Positions 15,617 through 27,161 of a stretch of DNA of 64,000 bases are shown here, piece after piece. The stretch spans positions 21,166,560-21,230,559 of the forward strand of contig NC_134027.1 of the NCBI RefSeq assembly GCF_964204645.1, written 5' to 3'. Position 1 is the stretch's first letter, and the number at the start of each line of letters is the position of its first letter. The DNA is from Tubulanus polymorphus (lineage: Eukaryota > Animalia > Nemertea). The notes under the pieces are model-generated. The model had not been told where the DNA came from. It ran no database searches and saw only the letters and a program-made list of their open reading frames with translations. The translations under genes were made by a program, and so were the position numbers.

Positions 15617-15690
15617 CCGTGGTCTAGTGGTATGACGCTGCGCTAGTAATTTACTGGCCCGGGTTCGAGTCTAGCTCTGTCCGCTCTATT
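15617..15690 (+). repeat. tRNA-derived SINE head or tRNA pseudogene fragment
   Basis: Pol III A-box-like TGGTCTAGTGG and B-box GGTTCGAGTC at tRNA-like spacing, but no proper acceptor stem. Confidence 0.5.
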
Positions 15691-15914
15691 TTCTTTAACT
15701 CTGTTCTCCACACTTTCCTTGAATTTTCTAAGCGGCGAATTTTCTGTGCGCATGCGCGGCACAAATCAGCCAATCAGCGACGATGTATGGTAAAATAGCG
15801 GTAATAAATACTCAGCCGTATACGGTAAAATATCCACCGCCGTCGCAATATAGTAGTTCTGACCTACCTAATATATTAGAAATTCCAAGATGGCTGATAT
15901 TTTGAAATGCGTTA

Positions 15915-16270
15915 CCAGACTCATCCTCATTTGCCAGGGTTTGATAGCTGCTCGCTGGAGCTCGCGCTAATACAAACCCTGGCGGCAAACCCTTCCATTG
16001 GTCTATTACATCACCCACTACTTCTTGGGCGGACAGGTTCCTGCTCAGTGCCCACCAGTCTGTATATCTAACCAATCAGATGCAATTACACCAGCATGAC
16101 GTTTGCTCTATAAATATTACACATCTGATTAGCTAGATATATAGACTGGTGGGCGCTGAGCGGGAACCTGTCTGCCCAAGAAATCGTGGGCGATGAAGTG
16201 AGATAGACCAATGAATGGTTTGCGGCTAGTGCGGCTATCAAAATCTGGCAAGCAAGGATGTACCAGACTA
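15915..16270. repeat. ~350-bp imperfect fold-back (palindromic MITE-like) element
   Basis: 15996-16085 (CATTGGTCTAT...GGGCGGACAGGTTCCTGCTCAGTGCCCACCAGTCTGTATATCTAACCAATCAGATG) is the reverse complement of ~16122-16213; outer arms also match. Confidence 0.65.
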
Positions 16271-16654
16271 TAGTGCCTTTCGTTATTTTTGCTCTGACCT
16301 CTAGTCGACTATAATAACTGAGGTTCGTCGGGATTTTGGTTAACCTTAAATCACTTGATTTTACTGAACTGCTTTTATTGTTAACCTAACCATATAACAC
16401 TTATCTTAAGATTAAGAATTGTCTAATTACACTGTAATTATGTAGCTTAATACAGTGATACAGTTGAGGACAACAAATGATAGAATGTAGAAAAGGCAAT
16501 GCTTTTTAAAAACAGTAAGAATAAACTTGAGAAATATTGTTATTTTAAATGAAATTTATTCACACTCAGCACCTCAACAAGAGGTAAACAGAGGTACATT
16601 GAATTGGCCTTACACTAGTGCCACATAGTGGAAATGTGACCTTAACTACAGTTA

Positions 16655-17848
16655 GTTTTTAGCCCACTTGGGACTTAAGTCCCAGCGGGCTATTGCGTTC
16701 ACTTTTCGTCCGTCGTCTGTCAGTAGACGGAATCCAGTTATTTTGGGAAGTTTTGAAGACGCTTCAAGGTAATGTCTTGATATTTGGTTTATACATGTAT
16801 CTACCCAAGACACATCTTCAGCCCAAAAAATGGCCCTGCCAGAATCAAGATGGCCGACTGGCAGCCATTGTTGTTCGCCAAAATCAGCACTTTTTACACG
16901 TTTTTGAACTTTTTGAGGGAAATTTTGAAGACGCCTTGATCAATAACCTTGATCTGTCGTATATATAGGACCTTTTAAGTGCCCAAAAATGTTAATTTTG
17001 GCCCGAATTCTGAGTCCTGTAGCTTCCTACTGGATTGCCATTTCTCATTTCAATTGCTGATGGGTATTCTTTGGAAAGGGATGTTTTATACCTGAGACAG
17101 GTATTTTTGATCAGCCAATTATTACGCAATTGGCAGCCATCTTGGTGTCATTAGTACTCATAGGTGGGAAAAAGTTTTTTCAACATTATGTTGATACCTA
17201 AACATATTTTGTTACAACAATGAATCAGAAAGTTGTAGCTTATAACGTGTTCTATGATTGTGGTGAGTTTCAAGGTAATTGGATTTCGTATATGGCCACC
17301 AGGGGGCGTTGAATAATACAATATCTTAGCATTTCTTTATTATATTCGTACCTATGCATATTTTGTAACCACAATCAATTGGAAAGTTGTAGCTCATGAC
17401 ATCATCTATGATTGTTGCGAGTTTTAAGGACATTAGTTTTTCTATATGGTCACCAGGGGGCGTTGAATAGTAGAATAACTTAGTATTTCCTTATTATATT
17501 GGTACCTAGGCATATTTTGTTACCATGATCAATTGCAAAGTTGTAGTTCATGACATGTTCTATGATTGTGGTGAGTTTCGATGTCATTGGGTTTTGAATA
17601 TGGTCACCAGGGGGCGTTGAATAGTAGAATGACTTAGTATTTCCATATTAAATTGGTAACGAGGCATATTTTGTTATCACAATCAATTACAAAATCGTAT
17701 CTGCTGACATGTTCTATGATTGTGGTGAGTTTCAAGGTCGTTGGTTTTTGTAAATGGTCACCAGGGGGCGTTGAATATTGAAATTGTTAGATTGTTGAGC
17801 ATTTGAAACCACTTCCCAAGTGGGCATGGTGTCCCTGGACCCCTAGTT
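16655..17848 (+). mobile_element. Non-autonomous Helentron/DINE-1-like (HINE) element, copy 2, inverted relative to copy 1
   Basis: Starts TTTTTAGCCCACTTGGGACTTAAGTCCCAG, then GTCC/GTC microsatellite and four 154-bp repeats (CACCAGGGGGCG at 17297, 17451, 17605, 17759); ends TCCCAAGTGGGCATGGTGTCCCTGGACCCCTAGTT. Confidence 0.8.
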
Positions 17849-18180
17849 TTTATTTGAAAACAGACATTAAGAAAAGGCCAATGGACTTCCAAATTGGAAT
17901 AAATCTACAAGCAAATAATAATTTTTGCTACGGGGAAACTGGCCTGTAAATCTGAATAAACCCCGAAACTAGCAGGCTTCTAGGTCCCAACATACAAAAT
18001 TGACATGCTGCCTTATCTCAGTATCCCCAGTTCATTTCATTGACTAGGGATCACTTGGCCGAAGGTTAACTATCAAATTAGCCTTTAATTGTCCCTATCA
18101 CACTTATCCATAGCTTAACTTAAGCCTACTTTTGAGCAACTCTCGTCTCGAACCTTTTAACTATAAATCGAGTTTACCTG

Positions 18181-18319
18181 GGGCCAGTTGCATAGTCATG
18201 GCTTAGACTTAAGACCAGTCTAAGACCAACTTAGTTCTGTAGCTAATCTAACAACTTAAGACCAGTCTTAAGATTTAAGACCACTTTTGGACTTAAGTCA
18301 CGACTGTGCAACTGGGCCC
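18181..18319. mobile_element. Short MITE; related copies at ~21200-21310 and 30167-30276
   Basis: TIR GGGCCAGTTGCATAGTC / GACTGTGCAACTGGGCCC; the 30167 copy has GGACCCAGTTCCACAGT / ACTGTGGAACTGGGCCC. Confidence 0.65.
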
Positions 18320-19561
18320 TGGGGTTTAAGTTTAAAGGGCTTAGAAAACTGTCCCCAAACTGTGCAGTAAATGTAGTACCTTTCTACAATAGATAGGGTT
18401 TCAGCATTTTTAATAATCTCCATCATAGGCCTATATGATATCTAATCTGATATCTAAGGCTCTACTAAACGATCATCATTATAGAGTACCTTCAATCCCC
18501 TGTATGCATAACTGTTCATCCATCATCATAGAAAATGTTAATCTGCTGCCAGAAACAGCAACATATCAGTTAGGCTATTCAGTAAACTTACTCGTACATT
18601 GGTCTTCCAACTTTTGATCATCCAGGCTTTACATATGTTCAGAATTTCACCTTAGGCCCGCGATTGATAGCTGCAAAATAAAGCTCGCATCACATTACTA
18701 AGGTCAAACCTTTAAGATTCTTGGTCGAAATTAGCTTCTCCCATGGTCGACATTTTGTAGCACGCTCCGCGTTTCCTGCCATAGGCCTATGCAAACACAC
18801 GAGAAATTAACTAGAAATGAAATGCTGTATTTTAGGCCTAGGCCTACCAGTAAATCAAGCTCTAGGTATTGGCTGACAGAATGTTACAATAAATGCTAAC
18901 ATAATGTGTGATAGTAGTGTTCTGTAATAGAAAAAATAACAGTTTGCATAGGCCTATAGGCCCATCCTTAATATAAGAAATATTGGACTAATTATTTCCT
19001 GCTTTACTCAATCTTTACCATTTGTTACATTATCACTCAAATGATCCGCCATCAGCTGGTATATACGCTGGTATATATTCATATGGAATTGAAGATCACG
19101 AAAATATTTCAAAAAAATCAATTAACATAGGCCTCAGTGACTGAGTAATTAAAAAAAAAAATCAATTAACATAGGCCTTAGTGACTGAGTAATATTGCAG
19201 GTCTTTTAAAAACTCCTTCATAAATTATGCATAATTTTCGTTAGAATATTAAGCTTTAAAGCTTTTTTGAAAACCAGTTTTAGTCATTTAATTTCGATTG
19301 TGACTTTTGATATGGATAAGGTTTAACATGATGATACAGGTGTAGATCCAGGGGGGCTTCAGGTGCAAGAGCACCTTCGGTGTAAATTTCCGTTGTATTA
19401 ATTAGGTCTATTATCAGTTTGTTATATTAACGCTTCTTTTTAAAGCATAAGGTATATTTTGAATGTATGAGATGACCGAGCAGTGCCTAAAAATGCTCAG
19501 AATGCATGATGGACGCAATTTTTAAATATTTCAGCACTAAATTTAAATATGACCAGCAGAG

Positions 19562-19832
19562 CAGGGGCGGATCTAGGGGGGATTTCAGTTCAAGAATCGG
19601 CCTGAAAAACATTTCTTTTTCTTTTACCACTGCTATTCCAAATGATTCTGAAAAAAATCATTAGTAACTCCTACGTCAAATATAATGATAAATTTCACTG
19701 GTTAAATGCAGGAAATGCATCTGGAGGCTTCTATTTTTCATTGAAAAAAATTATGTGCTAGTGGCACTTGCTACACTGCTGAGTAATTTTAACCTGGGAA
19801 TCCCCCCATGTCTAATCCTGGATCCGCCCCTG
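19562..19832. mobile_element. MITE with CAGGGGCGGATC termini, apparently nested in an older related element (~19337-19868)
   Basis: CAGGGGCGGATCTAGG at 19562 and CCTGGATCCGCCCCTG ending at 19832, flanked on both sides by CAGAG. Confidence 0.55.
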
Positions 19833-21442
19833 CAGAGCACCCCTTTTGAAAATCATGGATCTACCCTGTGATATTATGAAATTAGATATGAAGGCCTGTT
19901 GCCCCCCTTTGAAGCTCATGCCTAAAAGGCTTGAATGCAACATGCGCTCTAATTCATATTCTGAATTGTTGCTTATGGAACATTGATACAAATATCACTT
20001 AATACGGAGGAGATATAGGCTTAGACAATATTATAGTACACAGCAAGCGAGTACCAATTTGTCATTAAGAGCTTTTCAACTGTGAAGAGTGAATGTCTGG
20101 ATTATGAATATCGGGGTAATATATGCGTAGGATTATTTTCGACATGACATACGTATAAAACATGTGAATTATTCCAGTTTATGTAAGCAAACGACAATGA
20201 ATCGTGGATTATGAACTTTGACCCGTTAGGACTAGCAGAAAATCACGTGTAATAACACTCGCTGTCGTAAACATTTAAGCTCATTGTGTGGATAGTTCAG
20301 CAGCTGAACTGTGAGCTGCAGTAACTGGATATTTTATGATATTCAGTCCTACGCAGTATATATTTCATTAGTGCTGATAAATCAAACTGGAAAAGGATTG
20401 GGAACGTTTTGACTTAGACATTCATGGGTACATGGCAATTTTTAGGTAAGTTCAGGGTGGTAATTGTATTTACACAGTAAGGTCCAGTTGGTGAATGTTT
20501 TCAGGCCTTTCTTAATTACTTGGAATACAGATTTGATAAGAGGTTAAAAAGAGAGAAAAGGGAAAAATCAAAATTCAAGCATTTTCCGCATATAATCTTG
20601 GAAGGACTGTGGACAAAAATAGGAGTGGAAATTATGTGGAAATCATTAGATGGAAAATGAAGACAAAAATATCATGTAAAAAGTTTTATTCTCCAGCAAA
20701 TGTAAAACTAGTCATTAAATCAGCTATCAACTATTTCTAAACAGGCCACAAGATATCTCAAGTTTTCGATCGGTTCATTTATAAATTCGGTTCCATAGTT
20801 CAAGGGTTCGAGATTTATCTCAAATAAACAAAGTTTGAAACGACTATCAATTCATGCAGGTATCAATCCGCGGACTGGAACTCTCTTCGACATTCGTCAC
20901 CGCGCCAAAATCCCTCTGTTGAAAACATTTGATTTAAAATGGGGTTTACCGTACGATAGAACCTGCTTCGTTGTGCGGATCATTTTGGACCAATGAAATT
21001 AATCCAGTTTATGAAGCATCTGGATTAAGAAAATTTTATGAAGTAGATTCTATGTATTGGTAAATGGTAAATACAGTGGAACCTTGTTTTTAGGACCTCA
21101 GGTATATTGATTTATCAGTTATTACAATTATCACAAGAATTTCTTCCTAGATAGGGGGGAGTTTTAATAATTTAATACTGGATATAACGAACGATCCCTA
21201 GGATCCAGTTCCACAGTTATGAATTAGAGTTAATTCCGAGCTAAAATTAGTTCATTTCCAATGTTTTAACTCTCAAGAGTCAAAACTTAACTCACGAGTG
21301 CGTACCTGGTTCTGAAGTTCATTGCGACAAGGTACCACTGTGATAACCAGATAAATCGAAATCCGAATTAAACAAACTTTATCATGTTGATCTTCTTTTT
21401 TTTCAGAAAAAGAAACTATATGACAGACGTTCCAACTTGAAT

Positions 21443-23440
21443 ATGGCAGAATTTTGCTGTAAAAATCAGAAGATCTCCGTAGCCGTTTATCTGCTAGTCG
21501 GGTTGTTCGGAATCGGCTCGTGGTTGGCGATCAACGGGTTATGGGTCGAATTACCGATACTGGTCGCCCGCTTACCCGAAGGATGGGATTTACCGTCCTA
21601 CCTCGTCGTGATAATACAGCTCGCGAATATCGGACCGATCGCGTACGCCGTGGCGAACAAATTCAGCAACGGCAAAGTTGGCGAGGTCAGCGTCGTGTAT
21701 ATCATCGTAACGGTCGGCGCGCTGGCGTGCTTGCTGCTGGCGATATTTTGGGATCGCGTTACTCTTATAGGCGGCGTCGATCACAGCACGGCGTTGTTGG
21801 TTCTAGCGTTTTCTTTGGCGCTTGTCGACTGTACGTCGTCGGTCGTGTTTCTGCCGTACATGGCCGTGTTTAAACCCGAGTACATGACCGCGTTGTACAT
21901 CGGCGAAGGTTTCAGCGGATTGTTGCCGAGTCTCGTCGCGTTGATCCAAGGCGTCGGCGGCAACGGCGACTGCGTCAACGTCACCGTGCCCGTCGACGTG
22001 AACGGCACGAACGCGACGACGTCGAAGCTCGTTCCCGTCGCCGTCGAACCGCTTTTCACCGTCGAAGTGTTCTTCTTCTTCCTGTTCGCGATGATGCTGC
22101 TGTGCGGAGGCGCGTTCACGTGTTTGAACTATTTGCCGTATTGTCGCCGCGAGCACGCGAAACTGAAAGTCTATTTGGAAAACGTCGACGACGCCGACGA
22201 CAAACGAGCGGTCGAATTTCGAAAGCGTCATCGTCGCAGTAGCTGTTGCCCGAGCAGCGGCGAGCCCCGCCAGACCGAATCGACGGAAGACGTTATTATT
22301 CACGATACCGAGAATTCGGCCGTTCGTTTGTGCCCTGACGACGATGCCGATCGAAATCAAAACGAATCCGGCCCTCTGCCGTTAACGAAATATCAATACG
22401 TGTATCTGCTAGTGTTGAATAGTTGGATAAATGCTCTCGGAAACGGACTGCTGCCGTCCATCCAATCGTACTCGTGTTTACCGTACGGTATAATGACCTA
22501 TCATTTAGCGGTGACGCTGGCGAGCGTGTCCAATCCGGTCGCGTGTTTCGTCGCGTTCTTATCGCCGACGAAATCGAAGAAAGTCGTACAGATTTTGACG
22601 TATTCGAGCACCGCCGTGGCTGCGTATATCGTGTACACCGCCGCCACGAGTCCACACCCACCGTTATTAGACAACGTTGGCGGACAAATTCTTGTGGTAA
22701 GTGTTGTCATTTCTTAGTTCAAAGCCGGGTTTGCAATATCGCCAGTTAGTCTGCATGGACTGACTTTGAAATGTGGGAGGGTCCTCATCGCTTAGTCATG
22801 GTCTTTGCTTTCAATGACCCCTGTGGGTAAAATGTGCAAAAATCTAAATCAGCTGGTACCACTGGTCCAGTAAGACGTAACAGTGATAGACCGATCTAAG
22901 ATTGACGAGGACATCCACTTCTTCCAAAAACCAAACATCGGCCATGTTATCAACGCACTTTCAAGAAGTGATCGCCAAAATGTTGAACGTCTTAAGTGAG
23001 GGGAGTCATCTCTACATTCAATAGCTGTTTAATTGAAAACTAAGTGAACTAATTCTGTGGCTCGGTCACCATTACATGTATTCAATATGGCATCATTAAC
23101 AGCTGATAAAACTTACCTGTCTATAAGGTACCGATCCTGGGTAAAAGCAGCTCCTGTTTCCGTCGGAACTCAATTATTGAAAACTTTTTTTAGGAGGTTC
23201 TAAGCCATTTGTTAATGAGATGTTCTGTTTGAATTGTAGGTGGCGTGTTGGATCCTTGTGACGAGTATATTTTCATATACGAAAGCGACGATAGCTTGTA
23301 TATTCCGTAACGAAGGAAGGAAGGCATTGTTATATTGCGGCGGAACAACGCAGGCTGGCTCGGCTGTCGGGGCTTTAGTCGCGTTTCTATTGGTCAACAT
23401 ATTTCATCTATTCGTCAGCTTACCGCCGTGTTCTACCTGA
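21443..23440 (+). CDS. SLC52A3: Riboflavin transporter, solute carrier family 52 (RFVT/SLC52A3-like), 484 aa; coding exons 21443-22696 and 23240-23440
   Basis: Family motifs LFGIGSWLAINGLWVELP, LPEGWDLPSYL, QLANIGP, VDCTSSVVFLPYM, GEGFSGLLPSLVALIQGVG, NGLLPSIQSYSCLPYG, SPHPPL and QAGSAVGA; phase-0 GT-AG intron 22697-23239; acceptor at 21406 implies an upstream non-coding exon. Invertebrate genes are co-orthologous to SLC52A1-3. Confidence 0.93.
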
Positions 23441-24010
23441 ACATCTACTCAAACACTTGTTACTTGTCAGTCATTAGGAAGTTAACGGTCTGTTGCTTAT
23501 TTGATACTGGTCAACTGGCTATAACAATGAATTTCATTACAATTTTGTTTGGGAAAAAAACGATTTCCCTGATTCTCAACTCAGAAAGAGGCAAAGTTTT
23601 ACCGTATTGTGTAATGCTACCAACTTATTGAATTTTTTGCCACGGCAAATAAGAATTTTCATGCACGTTGAGGCAGGTTTTGATTCGGCTCCACTGTTTC
23701 AGAGATACTGTTCCGATGGGTCAGTTGCAAAAAAATTGGTTACAGTAAACCACTGTATTTTTGACTTAGTGACAATCAAAAGCCCATTGTAATCACTGTA
23801 TTTATCCGCTAGTCATCTTAAACAGAGCAACTGGCCTCTACTGCTCCTTTCGACCGGAATACATTCTTCCTATTCTGGAATAGAATCTGCAAATAGCGTT
23901 CGTAATCCAGATTGCCATCAATCGTATTTCACGGTTGTTGTTTCTCAACCACTGTAGAGCTATGTCAAAACCTGCTTTTAGGTACCATCGTCATGAAAAA
24001 GCTTTATTAA

Positions 24011-24298
24011 CCCTTTCAGTGCTGGCTAATTAATACCCTTTAGTGCTGAAGATAATTTGAAAATTCTGAAAAATTCCACCCTAGTGTGTTGAATGACAGG
24101 AATAGCACTATAGTGCGTCTACACCCTGGCGCGGTATATCGTTAGTTATTAATATTTCACTATGTTTGACAGGTGCTGCCATCTTTCAAGAGAGATAATT
24201 AGTAATTACTAATTAAATCAATACACCGCAGTGCCGTGTACTAGCAATATCCATCACGGATTCATACACCGCACTGCGGTGTAGACGCACTGAAAGGG
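24011..24298. mobile_element. piggyBac-type MITE (288 bp) downstream of the SLC52 stop codon
   Basis: TTAA|CCCTTTCAGTGC ... GCACTGAAAGGG|TTAA: perfect 12-bp TIR with TTAA target-site duplication. Confidence 0.85.
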
Positions 24299-24875
24299 TT
24301 AAAGGTCTTGATTTAGTTTTTTACATTCCATATTTTCAATATGCACGACAAAACTGGACCTCGACCATTTCTTATGTTTTATCTCTTCATAGACAAAGAC
24401 TAGGCAACATTTCTGAGAAAAGTTCAGCCATTTTATCTTAATCTAGTTAGGCACTAGTAAAAACCTTGAGCACTATATCTGCTGGAGTGGAACCCCGTTA
24501 TAACAGCTCCTATTCTATAAACGATAAGTTCGATGCAAAATATGAGAAAATTTTTATCTCATAGGTTGTTCCACTTAATACGATCTCAATATTATACCCT
24601 GGAATAGGGCCTTTATTGTTACAAGGGTTTGTTGTTAATGGTTTTTAATGTAATTTTTTTCTTCGAAAAAAAATACCTACCCGGTATTGCATAATTTAAC
24701 TACTACTCAGAATCTGCTATTTTCTTGAGAGTTGTAGTTTTATAATTATTATGATTAACTTATGTATTATGTGACTTGTGTTAGAATGTTTGACGGAATA
24801 TATTGATTTAAAAGCTACATTAGGCTCCTGCTCAAGTCAGATCCGATCAACTTGGATATCAGGCGGTCATTAAAT

Positions 24876-25135
24876 TTGAAAGATTCTCTAGAGAAATCCC
24901 ACAATAACAAAGCCAAGATTGAAAAGTTCTATATGAGGAGCGACGTTTCGGCTAACAACTGTTAGCCATCATCAGGCGTACTCCTGATGATGGTTAAGTT
25001 GTTAGCCGAAACGTTGCTCCTCAAATACAATCATTCTGATAAAAAAAATTTCAATCTTGGCTATGTTATTGGGGGATTTCTCTCGTGATCATCATACACG
25101 GATATTGTGTATCTTTGACTAATTGAAAGATTCTC
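24876..25135 (+). mobile_element. Short palindromic Penelope-like (pLTR-derived) element with a hammerhead-like core
   Basis: Inverted arms centred near 24979; core CTGATGA-TGGTTAAGTTGTTAGCC-GAAAC; flanked by direct repeat TTGAAAGATTCTC; tail similar to the Penelope-like relic at 46560-46615. Confidence 0.7.
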
Positions 25136-27161
25136 ACCCTGTATAAATATTCAACTGAGGTAATGCTCGAGTCAGAAAAATATTTATGGTCCTAAAACTG
25201 AGCTATCTGTTAGTAAAAAAATTCTAATTAGCGTCTTGATACAAGGATGCGAACCAGATGGTAGTGTGAGACTCGGCCACATTTCTCCCTATATTCAAAC
25301 CCGAGTGGCAATGTGCTACATTAGGAATTTGAATCTGATGATACTCTGCCATGTAAACAGATTGTGCTGTAGCAGGCCCAGAAGTCATGTTTCATCCAGC
25401 TAATGATTTTGAAGTATGAAACAGGAAATATGATTGGCTTGCTCACTTGGGTTGTCTGAATGTTGCTGGCATATTTGAGCAGTCAATAGACCAATACTTT
25501 GTGTTTCTAGTTAATGATAAAATCCTTTGTGTATCATGTTTCAATTTGTTGTTGAATATTCCATGACATTAATGCAAATCAATGAATATACATGCAATAA
25601 ATTTTTCGAAATGAATAGTTGACTATTAGACGTGAAACAGATGTTTTGATATTATGGGTTTGTCATTGTACCTATGTGCTGCAGAGTTTTACTGTTAGAA
25701 TAAACTAATTTTATGATACTAATTGATATGATTATGAAATGATGAATGTTGGATATTGAATGAATGTTGAATAAATATAATAAAAGTTTAGATGAATAAT
25801 TCTATGACAGCTGGTTTCTGTTATCATTTGATTTGGTACCAGGTTCTTGTAAAAAAAACCTCCATGCTCAACTATAGTCTCGCATTACAGGTACTTATAT
25901 AAAGTTGTCGTCATGTGGAGTCCCAATTTGAATTTTAATCTGGATGCAAGTAAATTTAATGGAAATTCATTCTGTATATCTCACAACTGCCATTCAGAAC
26001 TGAACTGCCATTTGAGAACGACTTAGCCTGTGTTACCACCATCCTCTTGGGTTTACTTTACCCCGAAAGTGCTTCTCGCATCACATGGTACTCATCTTGG
26101 CTCATGTTGGTCTCGGCAAAATACCTTGCTCCCCCTTGTATAAACTACCCTCACTTTCCTAAATGACAACAAATCACAAACCAAAGGCATTTTTACGAGC
26201 ATCTAATTTTTGCAAACTTCATTATCTGTTATCTAAATCACCATTATTGTTGCAAAAGTTCTGATTAAATCGTGAAGTCAGGGAAAATCTATATCAAAAT
26301 TTAATGCTGGTTATAACCCTCCAAGAAATCTTTTTCCAAAACCATTTTGGATTCCCAAATAAATTAATCTTCGAATTGAGTGTAATCAAGAGGTGGATAC
26401 CAGTTAACTACCAAACTTGCTGGTATAACTGCTGCTGATATATTGTGTGATTTTAATTAACATGTACGTGTCCATTACTCACTAGAACTTTTTTCCTAGT
26501 GTACATAATTCTGATTGGCTTGTGACGTATATCTCACTTTACTAGGACATGCTCAACTCTTTCAAGTTGACTAACAAGATGATTTTCTGATTTATTTCCT
26601 TTCTTCTTTTTACCAATCTGTATCTCTCGTCATAATAAATCAGCATTCAGTATACAGTAAGCCTCATCCAACAGATGATCTTGGTCTGACATAAGGTGAT
26701 GTCTACTTTATATCGACTAGATACTGACTGTGATGAGACCCCTAGTCGTCTGGATGCAGAATAGATGATCATCAAGTATCCTTGGTTCAAACCCAGTACT
26801 GGCACTGCTTCACAGTGATTTGTATGCTGAATAGAGAACAGGGGTGTTCCTGGTTCGGACTACTGATACTAAATCTGAGTGGTTGAGGTACTGAATAAAG
26901 GTAGTCTTATTTTACTGACTCGAGAAGCTTGACGTTGATTTGAGGATGAACTTCCTTTCATAGACGACGATGACAACCAGAGTTAAAAGTCCACGTTATG
27001 ACTAAGATTTTGTGTATTTTTATTTAAATATAAGAATTATATTTATTTACAAAACATCGATGAACATACGTGAGAATCATTTATAGGACGAACGTATTGA
27101 ACCAATTTCTCGAAATTTCATTGAAATGCATTTGTAAAACTATACTATATATATGCGATTT

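Noticed and set aside
15617-15690. Functional tRNA gene
   Set aside because: A and B boxes are present but acceptor and anticodon stems do not pair; treated as SINE-like, as are fragments near 1385-1410 and 1820-1875
18490-18760. Possible small spliced gene on the minus strand
   Set aside because: Splice-like sites exist but the first exon has an in-frame stop and the peptide is unrecognisable
21520-22749. Overlapping alternate-frame and antisense ORFs
   Set aside because: Shadows of the GC-rich SLC52 coding exon
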